DNA of 64,000 nucleotides, from NCBI GenBank assembly GCA_034520625.1, contig JAXHNI010000008.1:623574-687573 (forward strand), read 5' to 3'. The position numbers and the translations under genes are program-made. Source of the stretch: Gammaproteobacteria bacterium. GTDB lineage: Bacteria > Pseudomonadota > Gammaproteobacteria > Arenicellales > JAANXG01. Positions 46,284 to 55,541 of this stretch are shown piece by piece (the stretch's first letter is position 1; each line of letters starts with the position of its first letter). Below the pieces are notes generated by a model. That model ran no database searches, was not told the origin of the DNA, and saw only the letters and a program-made list of their open reading frames with translations.

Positions 46284-47231
46284 ATGTCTCCGAACCAGAT
46301 CGATTATCGCGACAATACCATCACTGTCGACGCCGACTATGTGCAACCGGCTACCGCCGGCTTCCACCTGATGATCGAGAACGGGCACGCCGCGTTTTTC
46401 GACACGGGCACGACCCCGTCCCTCCCAAACGCCGTCGCCGCGCTGCGGGAACGCGGTTTGTCGAACGAGGACGTCCAGTACGTGATCCCCACCCATGTGC
46501 ACCTCGACCATGCCGGCGGCGCCGGGGCGATGATGCGCGCCTTCCCCAACGCCCGCATGATCGTTCATCCGCGCGGCGCGAGGCATATGATCGATCCCGC
46601 GAAACTGTGGCAGGGAACCGTGGGCGTTTATGGCGAGGAACGCGCCGCACTGCTCTACGGGGAAGTGGTGCCGGTTCCCGAGGAGCGGATAACCATCGCC
46701 GAGGACAATGCTGAAATCGACTTCCAGGGCCGCAGCCTGTTGTTCATCGATACACCGGGACATGCACGCCACCATTTCTGCGTCGTCGACCGGGACCGCC
46801 GGGCGGTCTTCGCCGGCGATATGCTGGGGATCTCCTATCGCGTATTCGACAGCGACCGCGGGCCGTTCGTGTTTCCATCCACGACTCCCGTCCAGTTCGA
46901 GCCCGATGCGTTGCACGAATCGCTCCAGCGTATAGAAGCGCTTCAGCTCCGGTTCGCCTACATCGCGCATTTCGGGCGTATCGAGCTGAACCCGTCGATT
47001 TTCCGAGCGCTGCACGAGCGCGTCGACCGTTTCGTGGACATCGCCCTGCAGGTGGAGAACGAGCCGGCGCGCGAATCGGTATTGACCGACCGGCTGGCCA
47101 AGTACCTGTTCAGCGAGGTGAAGAGCCACGGCTCCGCCATCGCCGACGACAAGATCCGCATGAACCTGGCCATGGACGTCAAGCTGAATGCCCAGGGCAT
47201 CGATGTCTGGCTCGAGCGTCGAAAGGGCTGA
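46284..47231 (+). CDS. MBL-fold metallo-hydrolase
   Basis: 315 aa carrying the HxHxDH motif (IPTHVHLDHAGGAG) and a downstream His (DTPGHARHH). Confidence 0.85.
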   Translation: MSPNQIDYRDNTITVDADYVQPATAGFHLMIENGHAAFFDTGTTPSLPNAVAALRERGLSNEDVQYVIPTHVHLDHAGGAGAMMRAFPNARMIVHPRGARHMIDPAKLWQGTVGVYGEERAALLYGEVVPVPEERITIAEDNAEIDFQGRSLLFIDTPGHARHHFCVVDRDRRAVFAGDMLGISYRVFDSDRGPFVFPSTTPVQFEPDALHESLQRIEALQLRFAYIAHFGRIELNPSIFRALHERVDRFVDIALQVENEPARESVLTDRLAKYLFSEVKSHGSAIADDKIRMNLAMDVKLNAQGIDVWLERRKG

Positions 47232-47266
47232 CGCCCGGCAGGACCGGCCCGGCGCGGGTCAGCCGC

Positions 47267-47698
47267 TCAGAAAAGCCCGAGGCTGAGGGCGATAACCACC
47301 GCATAGCGTGCACCCTTGCCCAGACCCGTGAGCACCACGAACTGGCCGAGGGGCACCCGCATGATGCCGGCAATGAAGGTCAGCCCGTCCCCGCCCACCG
47401 GCAGCCATGCCATCAACAGGGACCACTTGCCATAGCGCAGGAACCAGGCCTGGGCCCGGTGGAGCTGGTGGGGCTTGAAGGGAAACCAGCGCCGGTCCTG
47501 GAAATGCAGCAGGAACCGCCCCAGGTACCAGTTGACCACGGCACCGAGGGTATTGCCCACGGTTGCCGCCAGGAAAACGCCGAACGGGTCGGCGCCGCGC
47601 ATGAGCAGGGCCACGAGTACCACTTCCGAGTAGAACGGCAGCAGGGTGGCAGCGACGAAGGCTGTGGCGGCGAGAAACAGATAGGATCCGGGCTCCAT
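47267..47698 (-). CDS. YqaA/DedA-related small inner-membrane protein
   Basis: 143 aa. FLAATVGNTLGAVVNWYLGR and WLPVGGDGLTFIAGIMRV are typical of the YqaA (SNARE-associated domain) family. Confidence 0.8.
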   Translation of the reverse strand: MEPGSYLFLAATAFVAATLLPFYSEVVLVALLMRGADPFGVFLAATVGNTLGAVVNWYLGRFLLHFQDRRWFPFKPHQLHRAQAWFLRYGKWSLLMAWLPVGGDGLTFIAGIMRVPLGQFVVLTGLGKGARYAVVIALSLGLF

Positions 47699-47707
47699 GG
47701 TGGGGAG

Positions 47708-48397
47708 TCAGAGGCTGATCACTTCGCCGGATGCCCGGACCGAGCCTGCAAAGGCACGGAAAAGGGCACGCTGGCCGCGTTTGTAGGGCAGGTATTCGGG
47801 ATGCCATTGCACACCGACGAGAAACCGGTGGCCCGGGTCTTCGATACCCTGGATGAACCCGTCCGAGTCCCGCGCCGATACACGAAGCCGCTCCGCCAGC
47901 TGCTCTACCGCCTGGTGGTGCAGGCTGTTCACCCGGGTGGTGCGGGTTTTCATGCATGATTCGAGGATGCTGCCGGCCACCAGGTGTGCATCCTTGATGG
48001 GAAACGCACTGTTCAGGTTCGGTGTCCGCTGCCGCAGGGGCCTTAGGTCCTGGTAGAGGGTTCCGCCCAGCACGACGTTGATGAGCTGTGCCCCGCGGCA
48101 GATGCCGAGTATCGGGACGTTGGTGTCGAGTGCCCTTTTCAGGATATCTATCTCGAAGCGGTCGCGCTCCACGTCATACTCCGCGAGTCCGTCCCCCACC
48201 GCGCCGTAGTGCGTGGGCTCGATATTGTCGCCGCCGCCGATGACAATGCCTCGTACCGGGGTCGGCGACCTGCGCCGGCCGGGGGCCAGGTAGGCGGCGC
48301 GCAAGCCGGCCAGGCGGAGCATGAATCGCGCCGCCCACCAGCTCAGCTTGAGCCGTCGGTCAGGCCCCGTGACCGCTACGTCGAACGCACGAGCCAC
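47708..48397 (-). CDS. class-I glutamine amidotransferase / peptidase C26 (gamma-glutamyl-GABA hydrolase PuuD-like)
   Basis: 229 aa with the nucleophile elbow PILGICRGAQLINVVLGGTLYQDL and the His region VGVQWHPE. Confidence 0.85.
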   Translation of the reverse strand: MARAFDVAVTGPDRRLKLSWWAARFMLRLAGLRAAYLAPGRRRSPTPVRGIVIGGGDNIEPTHYGAVGDGLAEYDVERDRFEIDILKRALDTNVPILGICRGAQLINVVLGGTLYQDLRPLRQRTPNLNSAFPIKDAHLVAGSILESCMKTRTTRVNSLHHQAVEQLAERLRVSARDSDGFIQGIEDPGHRFLVGVQWHPEYLPYKRGQRALFRAFAGSVRASGEVISL

Positions 48398-49365
48398 GAA
48401 TCACACTGCTCGATCCACCGGGTCTTGAACAGGCGGGGTCCGGCCCGATTGAGCTCCCGGCGAAAAGCCCGGCATGCCCGGGACAGCCGGTCACGGTCAT
48501 CCGCCAGGTATTCCACCTCCAGCCAGCGGCTCCAGGGCTGACGCAGGTTCCAGTCCTCCCGGTCGATATCGCAGTTGGGCAGCCGGTAGTGCAGCGCCGG
48601 GCGCGGCTTGACGCGGGGATCGTCCACGGCTTCACGGACTTTCTCCGGGGCGATATGGGCGAACAACGGCAGCATGTCCAGGCTCTTGTTGCGCGTGGGA
48701 TTCGCCTCCAGGTAGTCGTCTATCAGCTCGTCGATATCCGGCGCATAGCCGGCATCCAGAATCCGGTCGATATACAACGCGTCGAAAGTTTCGATATAGG
48801 GGGTGAACCACTTGCGGCTGGGGTCGAGCTGCTCACGATCCACCAGCCAGTCGTACAGGCAGGTATAGCTGCGCAGGTAATCCAGAATGGTCGCCGGATC
48901 CAGACCCGGCATCTCGGGATTCAGATGCAGGCCAAACGCATACCACGGGGAATGGCGAGTGCCCCGCGCACCCGCCCGCCGCAGCGCCGCAAACAGGGGC
49001 TCCAGCTCCAGAACCCGTTCCATGGGAATCGGCTCGGTGATGATCTCCCAGGGCACCACGACCTGCGCCGCGCCGGCGAGGGCATCGTCGGTCAGCCGCT
49101 CGATCTCGCTCCTGGTCCCGTCCTGCTGCGCCGTCCGCGCCAGTTCCTTCAGGTAGGCTGCATCCAGCTCCAGGATCAGATCACCCACCGTGCCGCCGGT
49201 GATCCTGTACTCGAAGCGGGTGTCGCGATGCACCGCGCCGCCCAGCTGCCCGGTGATGGTATCCAGTATCACCGGCGGGGCGAGCCCGGCGAACTCGAGC
49301 TCGACGCCGATTCGCCGCGGCCGGCCTTCGTGGTTCGTTGTCGTCGGTGGCAAAAAATCGTTCAA
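48376..49365 (-). CDS. amidoligase family protein (glutamine-synthetase-like 'Amidoligase_2')
   Basis: 329 aa. RRIGVELEFAG..., WEIITEPIP and FGLHLNPE fit my recollection of the amidoligase_2 family. It overlaps the downstream C26 gene by 22 nt. Confidence 0.7.
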   Translation of the reverse strand: MNDFLPPTTTNHEGRPRRIGVELEFAGLAPPVILDTITGQLGGAVHRDTRFEYRITGGTVGDLILELDAAYLKELARTAQQDGTRSEIERLTDDALAGAAQVVVPWEIITEPIPMERVLELEPLFAALRRAGARGTRHSPWYAFGLHLNPEMPGLDPATILDYLRSYTCLYDWLVDREQLDPSRKWFTPYIETFDALYIDRILDAGYAPDIDELIDDYLEANPTRNKSLDMLPLFAHIAPEKVREAVDDPRVKPRPALHYRLPNCDIDREDWNLRQPWSRWLEVEYLADDRDRLSRACRAFRRELNRAGPRLFKTRWIEQCDSWLVRST

Positions 49366-49490
49366 GGGACACCATCGGACGTACCGGTCCGGTCACCCGG
49401 CGCAGTGGCAGCATAAAGCGCCGCGTCCGGCCGCGGGAGTCGCGCCGGACCGGAGGTCTCCGTCCTCCCGGGCCTCCGGCGGCTTTCCGG

Positions 49491-51437
49491 CTACTTGTTT
49501 AAGCGGTTCTCGATCAGGTGATCCACCACCGTGGGGTCCGCCAGCGTACTGGTGTCACCCAGATTGTTCAGCTCGTTCTCGGCGACCTTGCGCAATATCC
49601 GGCGCATGATCTTGCCCGACCGGGTCTTCGGGAGCGCCGGCGCCCACTGCAGAAGGTTGATCTTGGCGAACGCGCCGATCTCCTTGCGTACCAGCTGGAC
49701 AAGCTCTTCCCGCAGCTCGTCGGATCCTTCCTCACCCGCCATGAGCGTCACGTATGCGTAGATGCCCTGGCCGGTAACCGGATGGGGATAGCCCACCACG
49801 GCCGCTTCTGCAACCTTCTCGTGAAGGACCAGCGCGGACTCGATTTCGGCGGTGCCCAGCCGATGCCCGGACACGTTCAACACGTCGTCCACACGCCCCG
49901 TTATCCAGTAGTAGCCGTCCTCGTCCCGACGGGCGCCGTCGCCGGTGAAGTAGTAGCCCTTGTACATCTGGAAATAGGTTTCAAAAAAGCGTTTGTGGTC
50001 GCCGTACACGGTACGCATCTGAGACGGCCACGGGAACTTGATCGCGAGGTTGCCCGCGGCCGGACTGTCCGTCAGCTCATTGCCCTGGTCATCCATCAGC
50101 ACCGGCTGGACGCCGAAGAACGGCCGGGTGGCCGACCCCGGTTTCAAGGCCGTCGCGCCGGGAACGGGTGTAATCATGTGGGCGCCGGTCTCGGTCTGCC
50201 ACCAAGTATCCACGATGGGGCAGCGCTCGTCGCCCACGACCCGGTAGTACCACTCCCAGGCCTCCGGATTGATCGGTTCGCCGACGGTGCCCAGCAGCCT
50301 GACGGATTTCCGGGAAGTTTTCTTTACCGGTTCCTCACCGGACGCCATCAGGGCGCGAATGGCCGTGGGCGCCGTATAGTAAATATTGACCTGGTGCTTG
50401 TCGCATACCTCCCAGTGGCGGGACGCCGACGGGTACGTGGGTACGCCCTCGAAGATCAGCGTGATGGCGCCGTTCGCCAGGGGACCGTAGACGATATAGG
50501 AATGTCCGGTCACCCAGCCTACGTCGGCGGTGCACCAGAACACCTCGCCATCATGATAATCGAACGTGTACTTGTGGGTCATGGCGCACTGCAGAAGGTA
50601 GCCGGCGGTGGTATGCAGGACGCCCTTGGGCTTGCCCGTGGAACCCGAGGTATAAAGAATGAACAGCGGGTCTTCGGCGTCCATCTCCTCCGCCGGACAG
50701 TCGGCGTCCGCCGAGGCCATCAGATCGTGATACCAGAAGTCGCGGCCTTCGTTCCAGGCCGCAGAGCCATCGTCGCACTGCACCACGATGGAGGTGTGCA
50801 CATTGGGACACTCCTCCAGCGCCTTGTCGGCATTGGCTTTCAACGGGGTTTTCCGCCCGCCGCGGATGCCCACGTCCGCAGTAATGACGGTCTGGCAGTC
50901 CGAATCCAGGATCCGGTCCCGCAGCGCATCCGGGGAAAAGCCGCCGAACACCACGGAATGAACGGCGCCGATGCGCGCGCAGGCGAGCATGGCGACAGCC
51001 GCCTCCGGCACCATCGGCATATAGATCGAAACCCGGTCGCCTTTGCCGACGCCCCGGGACTTCAACACGTTGGCAAACTTGCATACTTCCTGATGCAGTT
51101 CCCGGTAGGTGAGCTTTCTGTCGGTATCGGGTTCATCCCCCTCCCAGATAATCGCCGTCTGGTCGCCGCGGGAATCGAGGTGGCGATCGACACAGTTGTA
51201 GCAGACGTTCAGCTTGCCGCCTTCGAACCACTTGATATGGAGATCGTCTTCCTGGTAGCTCCAGTCCAGCACCTTGTCCCACTTCTTGTACCAATCGAGG
51301 AACTCCTCGGCCTGCTCGGCCCAGAACCCTTCGGGATCCTCGATGGAGCGCTTGTACATTCGTTCATACGCATCGGCATCGATCCATGCGTTCCGGGCAA
51401 CACTTTCAGGTACGGGATACATCTTCACTTCCGACAT
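49491..51437 (-). CDS. acs: acetyl-CoA synthetase
   Basis: 648 aa. [32 protein letters not shown] and the C-terminal [16 protein letters not shown] are classic Acs sequence. Confidence 0.95.
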   Translation of the reverse strand: MSEVKMYPVPESVARNAWIDADAYERMYKRSIEDPEGFWAEQAEEFLDWYKKWDKVLDWSYQEDDLHIKWFEGGKLNVCYNCVDRHLDSRGDQTAIIWEGDEPDTDRKLTYRELHQEVCKFANVLKSRGVGKGDRVSIYMPMVPEAAVAMLACARIGAVHSVVFGGFSPDALRDRILDSDCQTVITADVGIRGGRKTPLKANADKALEECPNVHTSIVVQCDDGSAAWNEGRDFWYHDLMASADADCPAEEMDAEDPLFILYTSGSTGKPKGVLHTTAGYLLQCAMTHKYTFDYHDGEVFWCTADVGWVTGHSYIVYGPLANGAITLIFEGVPTYPSASRHWEVCDKHQVNIYYTAPTAIRALMASGEEPVKKTSRKSVRLLGTVGEPINPEAWEWYYRVVGDERCPIVDTWWQTETGAHMITPVPGATALKPGSATRPFFGVQPVLMDDQGNELTDSPAAGNLAIKFPWPSQMRTVYGDHKRFFETYFQMYKGYYFTGDGARRDEDGYYWITGRVDDVLNVSGHRLGTAEIESALVLHEKVAEAAVVGYPHPVTGQGIYAYVTLMAGEEGSDELREELVQLVRKEIGAFAKINLLQWAPALPKTRSGKIMRRILRKVAENELNNLGDTSTLADPTVVDHLIENRLNK

Positions 51438-51489
51438 GGCTTCCTCCTCGTCATCATTTCGACCGGCGGACTTCAGGCCGATTTCAGTT

Positions 51490-51569
51490 CAAGGGGCCGG
51501 CGTACCTGAAGCGGCCCTCGAGACGGCCCCGGGGCTGGATGATCAGTCTTCAGGTACGCCGGCCCCTTG
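51490..51569. repeat. perfect 22-bp inverted repeat with a 36-nt spacer, upstream of acs
   Basis: CAAGGGGCCGGCGTACCTGAAG at 51490-51511 is the exact reverse complement of 51548-51569. It lies 53-132 nt upstream of the acs ATG and is unrelated to the two REP families. Confidence 0.8.
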
Positions 51570-51698
51570 GAATGGCTCAAGATTCCTCGAATTTTATAGG
51601 TGGACAATTCAGTTGTCTAACCACTGGCCGGGGGGCGGCACTGAACACCTTCGAAGCCGCCGGGTCTATACTAACACCGACTTCCTCCGGGACGCGCC

Positions 51699-52124
51699 GT
51701 GAAAGACTTCAATGCACATGTACCCAGCGATATCGTGGCGGTGCTCGACGCGTCGGCGGTCCTGGAGATCACGGAGTTCCGGCTGTTCGAGCTGGCATGG
51801 CGGGAGTGGTTCGGAAGCCGCCCGGACCAGCAGCACATTGAGCGGTATTTCGCCGCCTACATGTTCGCCGACCGGGTGCCCCACTGGGTTCGCAGCTTCG
51901 CCCGGCACATACTGCAGTTGAATGCCGAGGGGCGCCTGGATCCGAAGGCTTTCGGCGTCTGGCAGCGGCTGCCCAGCAGCCGCATGCGTTTTCTCGTCAA
52001 GCTCTACTGTGCTGCATTGCTCGTACTCCTGGTGGTGTTATCCACCGCCGCCATGGACCTCGATGACCAGATAATGTCCTTCTACCGCAGCTGCTATTTC
52101 CCGCCCTGTTATACCGCAGACTGA
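51699..52124 (+). CDS. hypothetical protein with one C-terminal TM segment
   Basis: 141 aa with a GTG start. The composition is plausible and it has a TM segment (FLVKLYCAALLVLLVVLSTAAM). I recognise no family. Confidence 0.45.
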   Translation: MKDFNAHVPSDIVAVLDASAVLEITEFRLFELAWREWFGSRPDQQHIERYFAAYMFADRVPHWVRSFARHILQLNAEGRLDPKAFGVWQRLPSSRMRFLVKLYCAALLVLLVVLSTAAMDLDDQIMSFYRSCYFPPCYTAD

Positions 52125-52141
52125 ACCGTGGCCAGCGAATC

Positions 52142-52321
52142 TCAGATCAGCTCGAACACATCCACAAACAGGACCCTGAAAAAGAACAACAGGGCGATGC
52201 AGCCGAAAAGCAGACGCACCGTATCGCTGTCGCCGTTCTCATCCCGGTACGTCAGGCCGTGCCATGCGACAGCGCCCGTCACGATCAGAAACACCAGGTT
52301 CATCAGAGCCTCGTTGTCCAT
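52142..52321 (-). CDS. 59-aa small membrane protein (below the ORF-track length cutoff)
   Basis: My own translation is MDNEALMNLVFLIVTGAVAWHGLTYRDENGDSDTVRLLFGCIALLFFFRVLFVDVFELI. It has two hydrophobic segments and starts 3 nt after the TPR gene stop, in the same direction. Confidence 0.35.
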   Translation of the reverse strand: MDNEALMNLVFLIVTGAVAWHGLTYRDENGDSDTVRLLFGCIALLFFFRVLFVDVFELI

Positions 52322-52324
52322 CCG

Positions 52325-52903
52325 CTATTTCTTGTAGGTTCGCTGTTTCTCGTCCAGCTCGGGCACGCGCAGCACGCGCTGGTCCTCCGACTTTGCCAGC
52401 TCCTGCTTCAGATAGGCCAGGCGGTCCGCCACCGTGGGCGGCGGCTCGGGTTGATTGCGCAGAAAACGGATCAGCCAGTGGGGGCCTTCGGCCACCTCCT
52501 CATCGAGATCCACGGCCCTCTCGTAGTCGGCAACGGCCTGCTCATACTTTCCCATCCGGTCGAACAGGATGCCGCGATTCGCATAGGTGCCGCCAAAGTA
52601 CGGTTGCAGATCCACCGCCTGGTTGAACCAGCGCAGCGACTCGTCGTAGCGCTCGAGCTGCATCAATGTCCGGGCCTTGGCGCGTACGTAGTGCGGAGCG
52701 TCCGGTTTGGCCGCCAGGGCTTCCTCGTACTTCTCCAGGGCCCGTCGGTACCCGCCATCCTCGAAGAAAATCTCACCCTCCTGGAATGCCGTGTTGCCGG
52801 GAATTCTGTCGATCAGGAACGTGTCTGCGATGGACCAGGCGATCCAGGCCACCACCATCGCAATCGCCGTGTACTTCAGGAATCTGTAAAGTTTTTCATC
52901 CAT
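52325..52903 (-). CDS. membrane-anchored TPR-repeat protein
   Basis: Track ORF trimmed to MDEKLYRF at 52903. It has an N-terminal TM segment and three TPR-like units (YRRALEKYEEALAAKPD, YDESLRWFNQAVDLQP, YEQAVADYERAVDLD). Confidence 0.75.
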   Translation of the reverse strand: MDEKLYRFLKYTAIAMVVAWIAWSIADTFLIDRIPGNTAFQEGEIFFEDGGYRRALEKYEEALAAKPDAPHYVRAKARTLMQLERYDESLRWFNQAVDLQPYFGGTYANRGILFDRMGKYEQAVADYERAVDLDEEVAEGPHWLIRFLRNQPEPPPTVADRLAYLKQELAKSEDQRVLRVPELDEKQRTYKK

Positions 52904-53138
52904 GCGCGGGGAAACCGATGCGCGCCACATTGAAGAAGAAGGAAAACAGGAAACAGACCACCACCGCTACGAAGCGCGCCCTCTGCTTCTGCGCCGCCAG
53001 TTCGCTGGCGTCGAGCTCAGTCTTCAACTTTCTCTGTTGCCGGCGCACGCTTACTACGTAAATCAGGTTGCTGGCCGGGAGAAACAACAGCGCGGTCAGC
53101 AACAGCACCCAGAACCAGAATATTACCACGGGACTCAT
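52896..53138 (-). CDS. 80-aa two-TM membrane protein
   Basis: MSPVVIFWFWVLLLTALLFLPASNLIY...FVAVVVCFLFSFFFNV. Its stop overlaps the TPR gene start (ATGGATGA), and it lies downstream of the symporter in the same direction. Confidence 0.5.
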   Translation of the reverse strand: MSPVVIFWFWVLLLTALLFLPASNLIYVVSVRRQQRKLKTELDASELAAQKQRARFVAVVVCFLFSFFFNVARIGFPAHG

Positions 53139-53251
53139 GACGCGTTTATTGTATCAAACGTTCAGGCCTCGCCTTCGAGCCCCGAGAAAAAGGGGGAGGG
53201 TTTCCCCTCCCCCTTCGCGTCCTTCCCTGGATCACGCGATGTTTGGCGGAA

Positions 53252-55210
53252 TCAGATGTTGCCCGCTTCTTCCGCGTGATCGCCGATGTCCTCGTACAGA
53301 GCCTGCACTTCCCGCTCCGGCACGGTGGACATTTCCATCTTGTAGGCGAGGAACCACATCATGAATACGCCGAGCGCCCACCACAGCAGCTGCCACGTCC
53401 AGATGGAGGGCATGCCGAACAGCCAGGTGGTGGCGTCATTCGGGTTGCCGAAAATGGTGTTTCCGATGACGGCGCCGGGGCCGATTCCGAAGAAGAACCA
53501 CACCAGGGTGATGATCCACGCCACGGGCACCAGGCCTTTCTTGGAGTCCGGCAGTGTGGCGTGCTCCTTGAGGAAATTGTGGAACTTCATCTTGTGGTCC
53601 ATATCCGACTGGCTCTGGGTCACGGTCGATACCAGGAGTGCGATTCCCAGATTGAAGATCATGCCCCAGCCGGCCGCGTGAATGGTCCACGGCCAGCGTC
53701 CCCAGGGCATGTACTGGGAGCCGATATTCTCCGTCAGGGTCACCGCGATGATGCCCGCGGCGAGCCCCAGGGTGACGCCCTGCCGGGTCAACCAGGGGAA
53801 GTAGCACACGGCCATCAACGGCACCCACATCTGGAAGCCGTAGGCCACCGCCAGGCCGCCCAGGAGTACCAGGGCGTCGGTGGCGGTGGTGGCCACCACC
53901 AGAGCGGACAACACGATCGCCAGAACCCCTACTCTGCCCCAGAACTTCTGCTGGCCGTGGCTGGCATTCGGCAGGATGTAGTGCTTCAGCAGATCCCGAG
54001 TCAGCATACCGCCGGCCGTCGACATATAGGCGGCGCCGGTGGACTGCATTGCCGCCAGGGCGCATACCGACAACAGGCCCACGGCCCACGGTGCGGTGTC
54101 GCCCAGCAGCCAGATCAACTGCGGCACCAGGTTGCCCTGGGCTCCGGGGGAATCCATGAGATTGGACACACCCAGCGCCTGCAAACCCTGCTGCATGACC
54201 GGGTTCACCATCTCGGGATGGGCGTTCATGAACCCTTCATTGGCACCCAGCATATGGGCGCCCATGCCCTGGAATGCGGTGAACAGGAACAGGATGATGC
54301 CGATGCCGAAGCTGGACGCCCACACCTGCTGCGGCGCAAACGGCCGCGGATCAGTGTTGGAGAACGCCCACATGCTGAACGCCGGCGAGGAGTGAATACC
54401 CATCAGCGCGAACATGTAGGTCAGTATCATGATGCCGGTCCAGGCGCCCCCTGTTGCTGAAGGCCCGTTCGACACGAACTGTATGACCCCGGGTATTGCT
54501 ATGTAATGGCTGTAGCCGTCCGGTGTCCGCTTCTCGTCGAACTCCGCCAACTGGGCAAGACCGGCGTTCAGCTGGTCGAAGCCGCCGACGAACGTGATCG
54601 CAATGACGCCGAGGGCCACGATGCCGGCGGCCAGCAGAATGCACTGGAGCGTATCCACGTACGCCACCGCGCGAAGCCCGCCGGACGCCACGTAGACGAA
54701 CACCACCGCGGACAGCATCCACATACCGACGTTGACACCGAGCAGGCCGTCGGTCAGCACGTTGAACAGGAATCCCGAGGCTCGGAGCTGCAGCCCCAGA
54801 TAGGGAATCGAGAAACACAGCGCCACCAGCACCACCAGCAGGCGGATCGCATCGCCCCGGAAGTAGTGAGCCAGCATCTCTCCGGGGGTCACGAAGCCGA
54901 AGCGCTTGCCCAGCATCCATTGGCGCTTCAGGAACATGACGCCGGTGAATGGAATGGTAATGGCGTAGAACGATGCATAGGCGTACTGGAACCCGTCTAC
55001 ATAGAGAAGGCCCGGGTGACCCATGAAAGTCCAGCCGGAGAATGACGTTGCGGTTGCCGCAAGCACGAATACCCAGATCGAGAGCCTGCGCCCCGCGATG
55101 AAGTAGTCGCTCGCCGTCTTCGCCGTCATCGCGCCCCTGATACCCCAGAAGATACAGTAGGCCCAATACAGGATGACGAACATGAACAACCAGACCATTT
55201 TTGGATCCAT
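53252..55210 (-). CDS. sodium:solute symporter (SSS/SLC5) family transporter
   Basis: 652 aa with about 14 TM segments. It shows the SSS opening DYFIAGRRLSIWVFVLAATATSFSGWTFMG and the block GGLRAVAYVDTLQ. A good RBS (AAGGGGGAGAAG) is present. Confidence 0.9.
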   Translation of the reverse strand: MDPKMVWLFMFVILYWAYCIFWGIRGAMTAKTASDYFIAGRRLSIWVFVLAATATSFSGWTFMGHPGLLYVDGFQYAYASFYAITIPFTGVMFLKRQWMLGKRFGFVTPGEMLAHYFRGDAIRLLVVLVALCFSIPYLGLQLRASGFLFNVLTDGLLGVNVGMWMLSAVVFVYVASGGLRAVAYVDTLQCILLAAGIVALGVIAITFVGGFDQLNAGLAQLAEFDEKRTPDGYSHYIAIPGVIQFVSNGPSATGGAWTGIMILTYMFALMGIHSSPAFSMWAFSNTDPRPFAPQQVWASSFGIGIILFLFTAFQGMGAHMLGANEGFMNAHPEMVNPVMQQGLQALGVSNLMDSPGAQGNLVPQLIWLLGDTAPWAVGLLSVCALAAMQSTGAAYMSTAGGMLTRDLLKHYILPNASHGQQKFWGRVGVLAIVLSALVVATTATDALVLLGGLAVAYGFQMWVPLMAVCYFPWLTRQGVTLGLAAGIIAVTLTENIGSQYMPWGRWPWTIHAAGWGMIFNLGIALLVSTVTQSQSDMDHKMKFHNFLKEHATLPDSKKGLVPVAWIITLVWFFFGIGPGAVIGNTIFGNPNDATTWLFGMPSIWTWQLLWWALGVFMMWFLAYKMEMSTVPEREVQALYEDIGDHAEEAGNI

Positions 55211-55387
55211 AAAGCTTCTCCCCCTTCTTAAAGGTGCATAGCAGTCAGGTTGATTGATGGTCGGCGGACCTGGAATTCTCTGCGGCCCGCCGCGCCGTGC
55301 GCGGGGGAACGTGGAAGAGGACGAGCTTCCTCCAACGGCACCCGCACTGGTCTCAACAATCCTAAACCCAGAAACCGTTGACTTTAT

Positions 55388-55403
55388 TGCAAGCGCCGTG
55401 CCA
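55388..55403 (-). promoter_or_regulatory. sigma54 (-24/-12) promoter for the symporter operon
   Basis: The minus strand reads TGGCACGGCGCTTGCA, a full match to TGGCACG-N4-TTGCW. It lies about 180 nt upstream of the symporter ATG and about 140 nt downstream of the stop of the sigma54 enhancer-binding-protein gene. Confidence 0.7.
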
Positions 55404-55477
55404 GCTCCGGCTTTCCCGCGCCAGTCATAGGAAACAGGGAGTTACCGGGTCGCGCCGGCGATACCCGCCGGTGCAAA

Positions 55478-55529
55478 CGTTACGCAACGAAACACATGGG
55501 TGATTTCGTAACATGCTGCAATGCAGCAT
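55478..55529. promoter_or_regulatory. candidate upstream activator sites: GTTAC-N24-GTAAC dyad plus a 17-bp perfect palindrome
   Basis: cGTTAC at 55478-55483 faces GTAACa at 55508-55513, and another GTTAC lies at 55441-55445. ATGCTGCA-A-TGCAGCAT at 55513-55529 is a perfect 8-1-8 palindrome. All lie 75-140 bp upstream of the -24/-12 element. Confidence 0.35.
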
Positions 55530-55541
55530 TCATCGCCGTAG

